Shown here piece after piece: positions 51,773 through 61,224 of a DNA stretch of 64,000 nt (positions within the stretch are counted from its first letter, which is position 1; each line of letters begins with the position of its first letter). Source of the DNA: Chloroflexota bacterium. GTDB taxonomy: Bacteria > Chloroflexota > Limnocylindria > Limnocylindrales > CSP1-4. Location of the stretch: the NCBI GenBank assembly GCA_947475545.1, contig CANJLL010000002.1, forward strand, positions 237,488 to 301,487, in the 5' to 3' direction. The notes beneath the pieces were generated by a model. It searched no databases and was not told the DNA's origin. It was given only the letters and a program-made list of their open reading frames with translations. Both the position numbers and the translations under genes were made by a program.

Positions 51773-52837
51773 ATGAGGAGCCCCACATTGGCGACGTCCG
51801 TGCCGTGTCGGCCAGCGGCCCGCACGCCGCCAGCTGGCTCCACGCACTGACGGCGTCCATCGAGCGCCTGTCCGGGCCGTCGTGGATCGCCTGCGCCGTC
51901 ATCTGGGCGGCCGCCACGCTGTACTGGCACGCCGAGGCGTGGGTGCGCGGGATCCCGTCGGCAGTGTCGACCCTCTCAGCGCCTACTGGGGCGTCCTCGC
52001 CCCGGCGATGCTGTGGTCCGCCGCATTCATGGAACGCTTGGCAACCTCGGCCTTTGACGCCTTCCGCACCGCGCTGACCATGTCCCCGGATGAGGCTGCC
52101 CGCCTTCGCCACGCCCTCATCGTCCTCCCGGCTCGACCGGCGTCGGCCATCACGATTGTCGGAGCGGTCATCACGGCACTCGACATGAGCTACAGCGGAA
52201 GCCCGAACTACGTCGGCCTGACCTTTCCGTTCATGATCCTGACGTTCCTCGGGCAGACCGTGTACGTGAGCATCCTGTTCCAGCTCCTCTTCCGGCTGAT
52301 CCGCCAGATGGGCATCGTTCGGGAGACCCTGGCGACGTCGGTCGCAATCGACGTCTTCCGGCCGGGTCCGCTGCACGCGTTCGCGACGCTCACGTCGCGG
52401 CCGAGTGCCGTGCTCGTGCTGCTTGTCACCTCGTCCGTGCTGGTCGTTCCAATCCAGGCCGACCTGGTGCCATCCTCGTCGGCTGGGTCCCTTACCTGGT
52501 CGTCCCCCCGGTCGTCGCAACGATCGCCTTCGTCGTACCGTTGTCCGGCGTCCACGCGGCCCTCGTGGAGCAGAAGGAGCGGCTCCAACATGCGGCGCAG
52601 GGCCGGCTCCAGGTAGCCCTCGCGGACATGGCGCACGAGGTGGACACCGGCGACCTGTCCCGGGCGGATGCCTGGAGCAAGACGCTCGCCAACCTCCAGA
52701 TCGAAGGCGAGATCCTGGCGAAGCTGCCCACGTGGCACTGGTCGACCGGGACCCTGCGGGGTTTCGTCTCGGCGCTCCTGCTGCCGATCACGCTCTTCCT
52801 GATCCAGCGGCTGCTGGGCGACGCCCTGGGCGGCTAG
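51773..52837 (+). pseudogene. Frameshifted multi-TM membrane protein
   Basis: Coding signal moves across frames at ~51955 and ~52468 (ASWLHAL...WVRGI / DPVGSV...QADLV / ILVGWVPY...LPTWHWSTGT); ATG 51773 after -10 TAGCAT is also out of frame with the first segment. Could be assembly error. Confidence 0.7.
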
Positions 52838-53220
52838 GCCGGCCGAACCACCGGCAGCCCCAGCTGGCGCGCGGCGGCGGCGAGTCGGTCGTCGTACGTG
52901 ACGAACGCCTCCAGGTCCAGGCCAAGCGCGAGCGCCGAAGCGAGATGAATGGCATCGAGGGTCCGAAGGGTCGCCTGCCCCACCGTTTCCGCGCGCCGTG
53001 CGATGGGCCGGCTCAGGTCGATCACCTCCAGGCCGCCGAGGACCCGGTCCCGGCGTGTTTCGTCGTGGGGTCGTCGCATGGCGGCACGGACGGTCTCGAC
53101 GACCCCGACGCGACTAGTCGCGACCCGCTCGAGCTCGACGTACCACCGATACATCGCGGCCGATTCTGCCTCGTCGAGGATGAGCTTGACGATGGCCGAC
53201 GCGTCGGCGTAGGCGACCAC
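52834..53220 (-). CDS. vapC: VapC PIN-domain toxin
   Basis: YADASAIVKLI..E.ES, LRTLDAIHLASA, FVTYDDRL. Confidence 0.9.
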   Translation of the reverse strand: MVAYADASAIVKLILDEAESAAMYRWYVELERVATSRVGVVETVRAAMRRPHDETRRDRVLGGLEVIDLSRPIARRAETVGQATLRTLDAIHLASALALGLDLEAFVTYDDRLAAAARQLGLPVVRPA

Positions 53221-53221
53221 G

Positions 53222-53527
53222 TCAGAACTCCTCCTCATCGCGCATCTGCAACAGGATCTCAGTGAGCGTCGGCCCGGTGTCGCCGGGGTCGCGCGGAGGA
53301 GGCGGGGTGAGCAGTCGGTGATCCTCCGTTGCCGGGGTGATGGTGCCGTCCGCGACGAGCTGCTCGTAGCGAGAGAGCGGCGCCGTTGGAGCAAGGCGGG
53401 CCACAGGCTCTCCGTGCTCGGTGACCACCAGCGTCTCGCCGGCCTTGACGCGGTCCAGGTAGACGCTGAGGTTCTGGCGCAGCTCCCGCACGCCCACCCG
53501 TGCCGGCCTGTCCGCGTTCTCGCTCAT
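53222..53527 (-). CDS. Phd/YefM-family antitoxin
   Basis: VGVRELRQNLSVYLDRVKAGETLVVTEHGEPVARL; immediately upstream of vapC. Confidence 0.9.
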   Translation of the reverse strand: MSENADRPARVGVRELRQNLSVYLDRVKAGETLVVTEHGEPVARLAPTAPLSRYEQLVADGTITPATEDHRLLTPPPPRDPGDTGPTLTEILLQMRDEEEF

Positions 53528-53546
53528 GTAGCACATGGTAGCACAA
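53528..53546 (-). promoter_or_regulatory. TA operator / leaderless promoter
   Basis: Minus strand TGTGCTAC-CA-TGTGCTAC-ATG direct repeat overlapping -10 TACCAT, 7 nt before ATG. Confidence 0.7.
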
Positions 53547-53716
53547 TTGGTCGACCAGCCCGCTGGGGCGGCGGCCGGCTCCAGCCGCGCCCGAAGCCGC
53601 CTTCGGCAGCCCTCGGCCCGGCTACACTTTTGGCCTGCCCGGAGGACGCGGGGTCCTTGCGCCCGTCGGGCCCGGACCGCCCAACGTGCCCACCCAACCA
53701 CTGCTTCGGTGACCTG

Positions 53717-54814
53717 ATGCGCTGCGTTCCTGCCCACGATTTCACGGTGATGAAGGCCTACCTGTGGCGAAGCGCCATCCAGGAGAAGCCGCCCTACCAG
53801 CGCGAGTCATCGGTGTGGTCGCTGGAGAAGCAGCAGCTGTTCATCGACTCGCTGCTCAACGGCTACGACGTGCCCAAGATCTACCTCCATGACCTGCGGG
53901 GCATCGAGGAGACGAAGGTCTACGCGGTGGTTGACGGCAAGCAGCGCCTGACCACCATCTGGCGGTTCCTCAAGAACGAGTTCCCGCTGGCGTCCGACTT
54001 CCGGATCGAGGCCAACAACTACCCCGAGCTCCCGCCCGACGCGGTGACGCCGGGTCCGGGCATGTACCTCAAGGACATGGACCCAATCTGGCAGGAGGTC
54101 CTCAAGACCACGTTCCTGGCCGTGGTGCTGATCCAGAACGCCCGCGAGGAAGACATCGAAGACCTCTTCTCCCGCCTCAACAACGGCGAGCCGCTCAACG
54201 CGGCGGAGAAGCGCAACGCGATGGGCGGCGAGATGGCCGTCGTGGTCCGCGAGATCGGCGTCCGGCCGTTCTTCACGGAACGACTGAAGTTCACCAACTC
54301 GCGCTACCACCACTTCGACCTGGCCGCCAAGATGCTGTACATCGAGGACCTGCGGCTGGACGGGGACTGGACGATCCCGGATCTCAAGAGCCGGACGCTC
54401 GACGAGTTCATCCGCGCCAACCGCAAGGTGGACCCGGCGCGCCGCGAGCAGCTCAAGGCCGCCGTGGAGAAGAACCTGGCGATCATGGAGCGGATCTTCG
54501 ACCGCCAGGACGCGCTGCTCCACACGCTGCCCAACCCGCCGGTCTTCTACCTCTTCGTCGCGGGCATGGCCCGGCTCTACCCGGACGGCCGGCTCGCGGG
54601 CCGGATCGCGACGTTCCTGCGGACCTTCAACCGCGAGCGCATCGAGGCGCTGGAGCGGCCGGAGGAGGAGCAGGATGCCGGCCTCCACGAATACTCGCTG
54701 CTGCTCCAGCAGGGCACGAACGAGAAGGCCAACCTGGAGCGCAGGGTCGCGATCCTGGTGCGGGCCTTCCAGGCGGAGAACCCCGAGCTGGTGCCGGTCG
54801 ACCCGACGGCGTAG
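53717..54814 (+). CDS. DUF262 (GmrS/ParB-like) domain protein without HNH domain
   Basis: PPYQRESSVWS, LFIDSLLNGYDVPKIY, VVDGKQRLTTI, LFSRLNNGEPLN..EKRNA. Confidence 0.85.
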   Translation: MRCVPAHDFTVMKAYLWRSAIQEKPPYQRESSVWSLEKQQLFIDSLLNGYDVPKIYLHDLRGIEETKVYAVVDGKQRLTTIWRFLKNEFPLASDFRIEANNYPELPPDAVTPGPGMYLKDMDPIWQEVLKTTFLAVVLIQNAREEDIEDLFSRLNNGEPLNAAEKRNAMGGEMAVVVREIGVRPFFTERLKFTNSRYHHFDLAAKMLYIEDLRLDGDWTIPDLKSRTLDEFIRANRKVDPARREQLKAAVEKNLAIMERIFDRQDALLHTLPNPPVFYLFVAGMARLYPDGRLAGRIATFLRTFNRERIEALERPEEEQDAGLHEYSLLLQQGTNEKANLERRVAILVRAFQAENPELVPVDPTA

Positions 54815-54917
54815 TCGCGGCCGCCGGGAGACGCCGCGCCGCATCTCACGGGTGGGCGGCGGGATCCAGGGTCGCCAACCCGGTTTGTCGCGGACCGGCG
54901 GCACTACACTCCCCGCG

Positions 54918-56858
54918 ATGGATCTCCACGTCGTCGGGCCACTCGCCACCCCCGCCGAGCGCGCCGCCGTTGACGCGGTGCTCGGCCCGGCCCCGGACGG
55001 CTGGGCCGGCGGCACCAGCGTGGAAGCGGTGGACGGGCGGGCGGCGCGCGGCGGGCACGCGGCCCGGGAGCGGCGGACGCTCCTCCTCCCGGTCCTCCAC
55101 TCGATCCAGGACCGGATCGGACACATCAGCGCGCCGGCCCTCAACGAGGCCTGCCGCCGCCTGACCGTGCCGCCGGCCGAGGCGTACGGCGTCGCGACGT
55201 TCTACACGCTGCTCGCCACCACACCGCGGCCACCGGTCGTCGCCCATGTCTGCGACGACATCGCGTGCCGCCTTGCCGGCGCCGAACGCCTGTGCGCCGA
55301 CCTGGTCCGCACCCTGGGTCCCGAAGGCGAGCCGGTCGCGCGCCTGGGTGGCCAGGCGACGTGGCTCCGGAGCCCGTGCCTGGGCCAGTGCGAGCGCGGC
55401 CCGGCCGCCCTCATCACGGTCGCGGGCGACGAGCCCGTGCGGACGTCCGAGACCGGCCTCGATGCGGCCGGCCTCCGCGCGCGGCTGGAGCGCGCCGTGG
55501 GCCCGGCCCCCAACCCGGCCGCGGCCGCCACCCTCCCCACGCCGGCGCGCCTCGCCGATCTTCGCCGCTCCGTTCCCCAGGCCGGCGACCCCGCCCTGCG
55601 GCTGCTGGCCCGCGTCGGGGTCGCCGATCCGGCCTCGCTGGTGAGCTACCGCGCCCACGGAGGCTACCGAGCCCTGGCCAACGCCGTCGCCCTCGGCCCG
55701 GAGGCGACCATCGCCGAGATCACCACCGCCCGGCTCGTGGGTCGTGGTGGCGCGGCGTTCCCCACCGGCCGCAAGTGGGCCGCCGTCCGCGCCGCCGTGG
55801 CCGCCCGCCCGGGGCCGGCCTACGTCGTGTGCAACGCCGATGAGTCGGAGCCCGGCACCTTCAAGGACCGCGTCCTGTTGGAGGAGGACCCCTTCGCGAT
55901 CGTCGAGACCATGACCGTCGCCGCATTCGCCGTCGGCGCTAGCCGCGGCTACGTCTACCTCCGCGGCGAGTACCCGCTGGCCGAGGCGCGCCTGATCAAC
56001 GCCATTGGCGCCGCCAGGGCCGCCGGACTCCTTGGCCAGGACATCCTCCTTGCGGGCCTGGACTTCGACATCGACCTCCGGCGTGGTGCCGGCGCGTACG
56101 TCTGCGGCGAGGAGACCGCCCTCTTCGAATCGATCGAGGGCAGGCGGGGCGAGCCGCGCAACAAGCCTCCCTACCCGGTCGAGGCCGGGCTGTTCGGTCG
56201 GCCAACCGCGATCAACAACGTCGAGACCATGGCCAACGTGCTCCTTGCGCTGGCCGGCGACGGAACGGACATCACCCCGCACGGCGGCGGCGCGCGCTAC
56301 GCGGCGACCGGCACCGACGGCTCCTCGGGCACCAAACTCTTCTGCCTGTCTGGGTCGGTCGCGCGTCCGGGCGTCTACGAGGTCCCGTTCGGCGCCACCC
56401 TCCGTGGGCTGATCGACCTGGCCGGCGGCGTGGCCGGCGGCCGAGCCATCCGGACCATCCTCCTGGGGGGCGCGGCTGGGTCCTTCGTGGGGCCCGACCG
56501 GCTGGACACCCCGATGACCTTCGAAGGAACGCGCGCCATCGGCGCCGGCCTGGGGTCCGGCGTGGTCATGGTCTTCGACGAGACCGCCGACCTGCCCGGC
56601 ACGATGCGGCGCATCGCGCAGTTCTTCCGGGACGAGTCGTGTGGCCAGTGCGTGCCCTGCCGGGTCGGCACGGTGCGGCAGGAGGAGTTGCTGGCACGCC
56701 TGGCGGCCGGGTCGCCGGGTCGCGCGCGCGCCGAGGAGCTGGCAATCCTGGGCGAGCTGAGCCAGGTGATGCGCGACGCTTCGATCTGCGGGCTGGGCCA
56801 GGCGGCGTCGAGCGCACTCGAATCCGCGATCCGGGCGGGGCTCCCGCTCGAGGCGTAG
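54918..56858 (+). CDS. NuoE-NuoF-like fusion (NAD-linked FDH diaphorase subunit)
   Basis: GVATFY..L, VCDDIAC, CLGQC; GRGGAAFPTGRKW, NADESEPGTFKDR, GAYVCGEETAL, ESCGQCVPCR, ICGLG. Confidence 0.9.
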   Translation: MDLHVVGPLATPAERAAVDAVLGPAPDGWAGGTSVEAVDGRAARGGHAARERRTLLLPVLHSIQDRIGHISAPALNEACRRLTVPPAEAYGVATFYTLLATTPRPPVVAHVCDDIACRLAGAERLCADLVRTLGPEGEPVARLGGQATWLRSPCLGQCERGPAALITVAGDEPVRTSETGLDAAGLRARLERAVGPAPNPAAAATLPTPARLADLRRSVPQAGDPALRLLARVGVADPASLVSYRAHGGYRALANAVALGPEATIAEITTARLVGRGGAAFPTGRKWAAVRAAVAARPGPAYVVCNADESEPGTFKDRVLLEEDPFAIVETMTVAAFAVGASRGYVYLRGEYPLAEARLINAIGAARAAGLLGQDILLAGLDFDIDLRRGAGAYVCGEETALFESIEGRRGEPRNKPPYPVEAGLFGRPTAINNVETMANVLLALAGDGTDITPHGGGARYAATGTDGSSGTKLFCLSGSVARPGVYEVPFGATLRGLIDLAGGVAGGRAIRTILLGGAAGSFVGPDRLDTPMTFEGTRAIGAGLGSGVVMVFDETADLPGTMRRIAQFFRDESCGQCVPCRVGTVRQEELLARLAAGSPGRARAEELAILGELSQVMRDASICGLGQAASSALESAIRAGLPLEA

Positions 56859-57093
56859 GCACGGGGCGGGGACGCGCGGATCGCCCGGGGCCACACGATC
56901 GCGCCAAGTCGCCGTGTCCAGGCGGGTCCGCGGCGGCACCGGTGGGCCATTCGTACCGCCACGCCGGCGAAACCTTTCCCGTTGTGGCCGCCTCGAGGGG
57001 GTGACACCGTTGCGCGAGTCGCGACCGACCCGGATGGGTCGCGGCCGCCGTCCTCCCCCACCGCCGACACCCGGACGCCAGGCGGAGCCCTGC

Positions 57094-58395
57094 ATGCTGA
57101 ACACCACTCCCGACGCCCGTCGCCTGCTCGCCGGTCCATCGCTCGACGGGCCGGAGCCGTTGGCGCACCACCTCGCCCGCCTGGGCCCGCTGCCCACCGC
57201 GCGCGATGCCCAGCGGACGATGAGCGAGCTGGACGCGTCGGGGCTCCTGGGCCGCGGCGGAGCCGGCTTCCCCGTGGGCCGCAAGTGGCGCGCCATGGCG
57301 GAGCGATCGCGCGGTCACGCGGTGGTCCTCGCCAACGGGGCTGAAGGCGAGCCCGCCAGCCTGAAGGATCGCGTCCTGATGGCCGCACGACCGCACCTGG
57401 TCATCGACGGCGCCGTGCTGGCGGCCGATGCCGTGGGCGCCAACGACATCGTTTTCTACGTGGGCCGGGAGCACGAGGCGGCGGTCGCCGCCCTCGGCGT
57501 GGCCATCGAACAGCGCCGTCCGGGGGTCCGGCAGCGGATCCGGATGATCGAGGCGCCGATCGGCTACGTGGCAGGCGAAGCCAGCGGCGCCGTCCACTTC
57601 GTCAATGCCGGTGACCCGCGGCCAACCACGACGCCCCCTCGGATGTCGGAACGCGGCGTCAACGGCCGGCCCACGCTCGTCCAGAACGTCGAGAGCCTGG
57701 CGCACGCGGCGCTCATCGCGCGGTTTGGGGCCGGCTGGTACCGCGAGGCCGGACGCGGGACGGCACGTGGGACGGCACTGATCACGCTGAGCGGGACGGG
57801 ACGACCAGCCGAGCTCCTCGAGATCGAGCTGGGGACCACGATCGGCGAGGTAGCGGCGGGCGCGGGCGCCTCGCCGGCGGGCACGTCGGCCGTGCTTCTG
57901 GGCGGCTACTTCGGGACATGGGCCCCGGCCGCCGATGTCTGGAGCCTGCCGCTCGACCCGGCAGCGATGCGCGAGAAGGGCCTCACCTTTGGCTGCGGGA
58001 TGGTGGGGCTCCTGCCGGCCCACGCCTGCGGGGTGGATGCCACCGCGCGGATCATGTCGTTCATGGCGCGGGAGAGCGCCGGCCAATGCGGGCCGTGCGT
58101 CTTCGGCCTGCGTGCCCTGGCCGACGCGACTCGTCGTGTCGCGGATGGACGTTCGAAGCCCGACGACATGGACGGGATCGCCCGCTGGACGCAGATCGTC
58201 GCCGGGCGAGGTGCGTGCCACCACCCGGACGGCGCGGTGGCGCTCATGGCCTCGGCGCTGCGAGTGTTCGAGGAGGACATGGACCACCACGTCCGATCGG
58301 GGCGCTGCCTGGCGATGTCCACCCCGACAGGCCTGCCCGCGGCCAATACGGCCTCGGCGTCGGCGCCGACCAACCGCCGGATGGAGGTGGCCTGA
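57094..58395 (+). CDS. Second, divergent NuoF-like FMN/Fe-S protein
   Basis: GRGGAGFP..RKW, NGAEGEPASLKDR, YVAGEAS, QNVESL, ESAGQCGPC..G, GRGACHHPDG. Confidence 0.85.
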   Translation: MLNTTPDARRLLAGPSLDGPEPLAHHLARLGPLPTARDAQRTMSELDASGLLGRGGAGFPVGRKWRAMAERSRGHAVVLANGAEGEPASLKDRVLMAARPHLVIDGAVLAADAVGANDIVFYVGREHEAAVAALGVAIEQRRPGVRQRIRMIEAPIGYVAGEASGAVHFVNAGDPRPTTTPPRMSERGVNGRPTLVQNVESLAHAALIARFGAGWYREAGRGTARGTALITLSGTGRPAELLEIELGTTIGEVAAGAGASPAGTSAVLLGGYFGTWAPAADVWSLPLDPAAMREKGLTFGCGMVGLLPAHACGVDATARIMSFMARESAGQCGPCVFGLRALADATRRVADGRSKPDDMDGIARWTQIVAGRGACHHPDGAVALMASALRVFEEDMDHHVRSGRCLAMSTPTGLPAANTASASAPTNRRMEVA

Positions 58396-58649
58396 TGGAG
58401 GCCCGCCTCAAGGTCGACTGGATCAAGTGCGACGGCTACGGCCTGTGCGGGGACTTTGTGCCCGACATCATCGGCCTGGACGAGTGGCGCTACCCCATTC
58501 TGCCGGAGGGTCCGCTTGACGGGGGGCGCATGCACGAGATCCAGCGGGCGATGGATTGCTGCCCGATGCGCGCGCTGACCCTGGTTCGCCCGGACGTCGC
58601 CGCAGCGCGGCCCGGACGGCTCCGCCGACTCCTGCCCGGCGCCCGCTAG
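58395..58649 (+). CDS. Ferredoxin
   Basis: VDWIKCDGYGLC...CCPMRAL; ATG overlaps upstream stop. Confidence 0.85.
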   Translation: MEARLKVDWIKCDGYGLCGDFVPDIIGLDEWRYPILPEGPLDGGRMHEIQRAMDCCPMRALTLVRPDVAAARPGRLRRLLPGAR

Positions 58650-58664
58650 GCTGCCGCCCTCGCC

Positions 58665-59696
58665 TCAGTGGCAGGCGAGGCCCTCGCCTGAATCACGGAA
58701 GAGGCGGCCGGCCACCGGCACGAAGGCGAAGTCGTAGCTGGTGGGATGGAGGGTGAGCAGCAGCACCCCGTAAGTCTGGTCGTCGTGCGACACGGTGTTG
58801 GGGATGGGCCGATCGATCTCGTAGTGTCCGACGCCGCCCGTCCCAACCACCCACTGCCGGACGCCGTGCGCGGGATCCAGGACGCCGGCCGCCGTCTGGG
58901 GCTCGAAGCGCTGGTAGTTGTGGTCGTGGCCGGCCAGCATGAGCTCGGCGCCACCGTCGACCAGCGCCTGCCAGAGCGCGCTGATCCCAGGGTCGCTCCC
59001 GTGCGTCCCGGATGAGAACCGGGGGTGATGCGTGTAGGCGAGGGCGCACCGCGTGGGGTGGGCGGCCAGGTCGGCCCGCAACCACTGCTCCTGCATTGAG
59101 CCGGCACCGTGGGCAATCTCGGAGTTGAGCGCGTAGATCCGCCACGCGCCCAGGTCGTAGGCGTAGTAGCCCATCGCGGGATCGCCGGCCGTTGCTTCCC
59201 AATACGCGAAGTAGTCCGCTGCGTCGGCCGTGTGGTACTCGTGGTTGCCGGGGATGGGCCGCGTGATCGCCCGTTGCCGGCCCCAGGTGGGGTCGTAGTT
59301 GCTGGCGAACTCGCTGACGGTGCCGCTCTCGTACGCGAGGTCGCCGGCCGCGAAGACCGTGACGCGGCCCGGGTTGGCCGCGACGATCGCGTCGAGCAAG
59401 AGGGCCGTGGCCTGGTCGCCGCCACGCTCGCCGGACGGGCCGGAGGCGATGTCGCCGGCACCCACGAAGACGGGGTCGGTCCCGCGGACCGCAAGGTCGA
59501 TCGGCGGCGGCAGGACAACTGGGCCGGGCGAGACGGCGGCCGCCAGCGAGACCGCGACCACGACCACCGCCAGCAGGACGGCGGCCACCGCCGGGCCGGC
59601 TCGGTCGTCCGGCTGGCGGGGGTGCGAGGCGGGCAGCCCGTCAGGACTTGGCGCGTCAGGGCGCCGCCCGCCGGGGAGCGCGGTGGATCCGGTCAT
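58665..59696 (-). CDS. Membrane-anchored purple-acid-phosphatase-like metallophosphoesterase
   Basis: GAGDIA, GDLAY, PGNHEY, HHPRFS, LAGHDHNY; N-terminal TM. Confidence 0.85.
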   Translation of the reverse strand: MTGSTALPGGRRPDAPSPDGLPASHPRQPDDRAGPAVAAVLLAVVVVAVSLAAAVSPGPVVLPPPIDLAVRGTDPVFVGAGDIASGPSGERGGDQATALLLDAIVAANPGRVTVFAAGDLAYESGTVSEFASNYDPTWGRQRAITRPIPGNHEYHTADAADYFAYWEATAGDPAMGYYAYDLGAWRIYALNSEIAHGAGSMQEQWLRADLAAHPTRCALAYTHHPRFSSGTHGSDPGISALWQALVDGGAELMLAGHDHNYQRFEPQTAAGVLDPAHGVRQWVVGTGGVGHYEIDRPIPNTVSHDDQTYGVLLLTLHPTSYDFAFVPVAGRLFRDSGEGLACH

Positions 59697-59799
59697 ACGC
59701 GGGAGTATCGGCCCGATGCCCCGGGAGGGTCCACCCCGGGGCTACACTGGCCCGGATGCTGACCCGCGGCCTCCCCTCTCGCGCCGGGCCCTACCTGCA

Positions 59800-60855
59800 A
59801 TGAGCGAGCACGACGCCGCTCCCCGCCCGGCCCCGTACGTCATGCCACCGGACCTCTTCGCGATCTTCACCACGCCACCCGCCCGGGCCTCGCGAAACCC
59901 GGGGCCGCCCCCGGTCACCCGGCCGGGGGCCGTGGACCTGACCATCGACGGGCGGGCGGTCACGGTCGCCGCCGGCGCCACCGTGCTGGACGCCTGCCGC
60001 GCCGCCGGGGCCGAGATCCCCACGCTCTGCTTCGCCGAGAACCTGGCGCCGGTCAACGTGTGCCGCCTGTGCGTCGTGGAGGTGACGGGCAACCGCGCGC
60101 TGGTCCCGGCCTGCTCGCGGGTCGTGGAGCCGGGCATGGAGGTGGGCACCGAGACGGAGCGGGTTCGCTCCGCCCGCAAGGGCGTCCTGGAGCTGCTGGC
60201 CTCATCGGTCGACGTCGGTCTGGCCGGGCCCGCCCAGCCGGATGGCTCGCTCGCCGCGTGGGTAGACCGGTACCACGCCGACCCGGCCAGGTTCGGCCCC
60301 CCGTCCACCCCGTCCGGCCCCGATGAGCGCGACGCCCTCGCGCCCGGCCATCACCACGCACCGTCTGGCGTAGTGGCCGCCACCGTGGCCCAGCCCGTGA
60401 AGGTGGACAACAACCTGTACGTCCGCGACTACGCCCGCTGCATCCTCTGCTACAAGTGCGTCGAGGCGTGCGGGACGGACGCGCAGAACACGTTCGCCAT
60501 CGCGGTGGCGGGGCGCGGGTTCGACGCCCGGATCTCCACGGAGTTCAACGTCGGCCTGCCCGATTCGGCCTGCGTCTACTGCGGCAACTGCATCGGGGTG
60601 TGCCCCACCGGGGCGCTCATGTTCCGGTCCGAGCACGAGATGCGGGCCGCGGGGACCTGGGACGAGGCCGTCCAGTCCGTGACGGAGACCATCTGCCCGT
60701 ACTGCGGCGTGGGCTGCTCGCTGGAGCTCCACGTCCAGGACAACCGGATCGTGAAGGTGACCTCGCCGGCCGATTCGTCGATCACGGTCGGCCACCTGTG
60801 CGTCAAGGGCCGCTTCGGGTTCGACTTCGTCCAGAGCCGCGGCGGGGACGGGTAG
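59800..60855 (+). CDS. FDH Fe-S subunit: 2Fe-2S + 2x4Fe-4S + C-terminal molybdopterin-enzyme 4Fe-4S motif
   Basis: IPTLC..VCRLCVVE..AC; CILCYKCVEAC; CVYCGNCIGVCP; TICPYCGVGC...LCVKGRFG. Confidence 0.9.
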   Translation: MSEHDAAPRPAPYVMPPDLFAIFTTPPARASRNPGPPPVTRPGAVDLTIDGRAVTVAAGATVLDACRAAGAEIPTLCFAENLAPVNVCRLCVVEVTGNRALVPACSRVVEPGMEVGTETERVRSARKGVLELLASSVDVGLAGPAQPDGSLAAWVDRYHADPARFGPPSTPSGPDERDALAPGHHHAPSGVVAATVAQPVKVDNNLYVRDYARCILCYKCVEACGTDAQNTFAIAVAGRGFDARISTEFNVGLPDSACVYCGNCIGVCPTGALMFRSEHEMRAAGTWDEAVQSVTETICPYCGVGCSLELHVQDNRIVKVTSPADSSITVGHLCVKGRFGFDFVQSRGGDG

Positions 60856-60863
60856 GCGGCCAC

Positions 60864-61154
60864 ATGGGGCTTGGATGGCTGCCGGGCCTGATCGCCGTGG
60901 TTGGGCTGCTGATCCCCACCGTGGCGGGCGGATTCGCCGAGTGGCCGATGCTGGTGGGCTGGCTGGCGGTGCTGGCGGTGTTCGCCTGGCTGGCACCGGC
61001 CGTCCTGCCCACACGCCGCCATCGGATCACGGCCTCGGCGACCTTCCTGCCGGTGCTCTTCCTGCTGGGCTGGGAGGGCGGCTGGTGGCTGATTCCGGCC
61101 GACCTGGTCTGGCTGCTGGTGGCGCGGCGCAGCGGGGCCGAACGGACGGCATGA
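60864..61154 (+). CDS. Small hydrophobic membrane protein
   Basis: Three to four hydrophobic segments; no recognised family. Confidence 0.5.
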   Translation: MGLGWLPGLIAVVGLLIPTVAGGFAEWPMLVGWLAVLAVFAWLAPAVLPTRRHRITASATFLPVLFLLGWEGGWWLIPADLVWLLVARRSGAERTA

Positions 61155-61224
61155 TGAACCAAGGGGCGGAGCGCCCCGGGCTCCAGCCGAACCGGCCACC
61201 CGCCTGGCCGGTCGCCCCGCTCCC

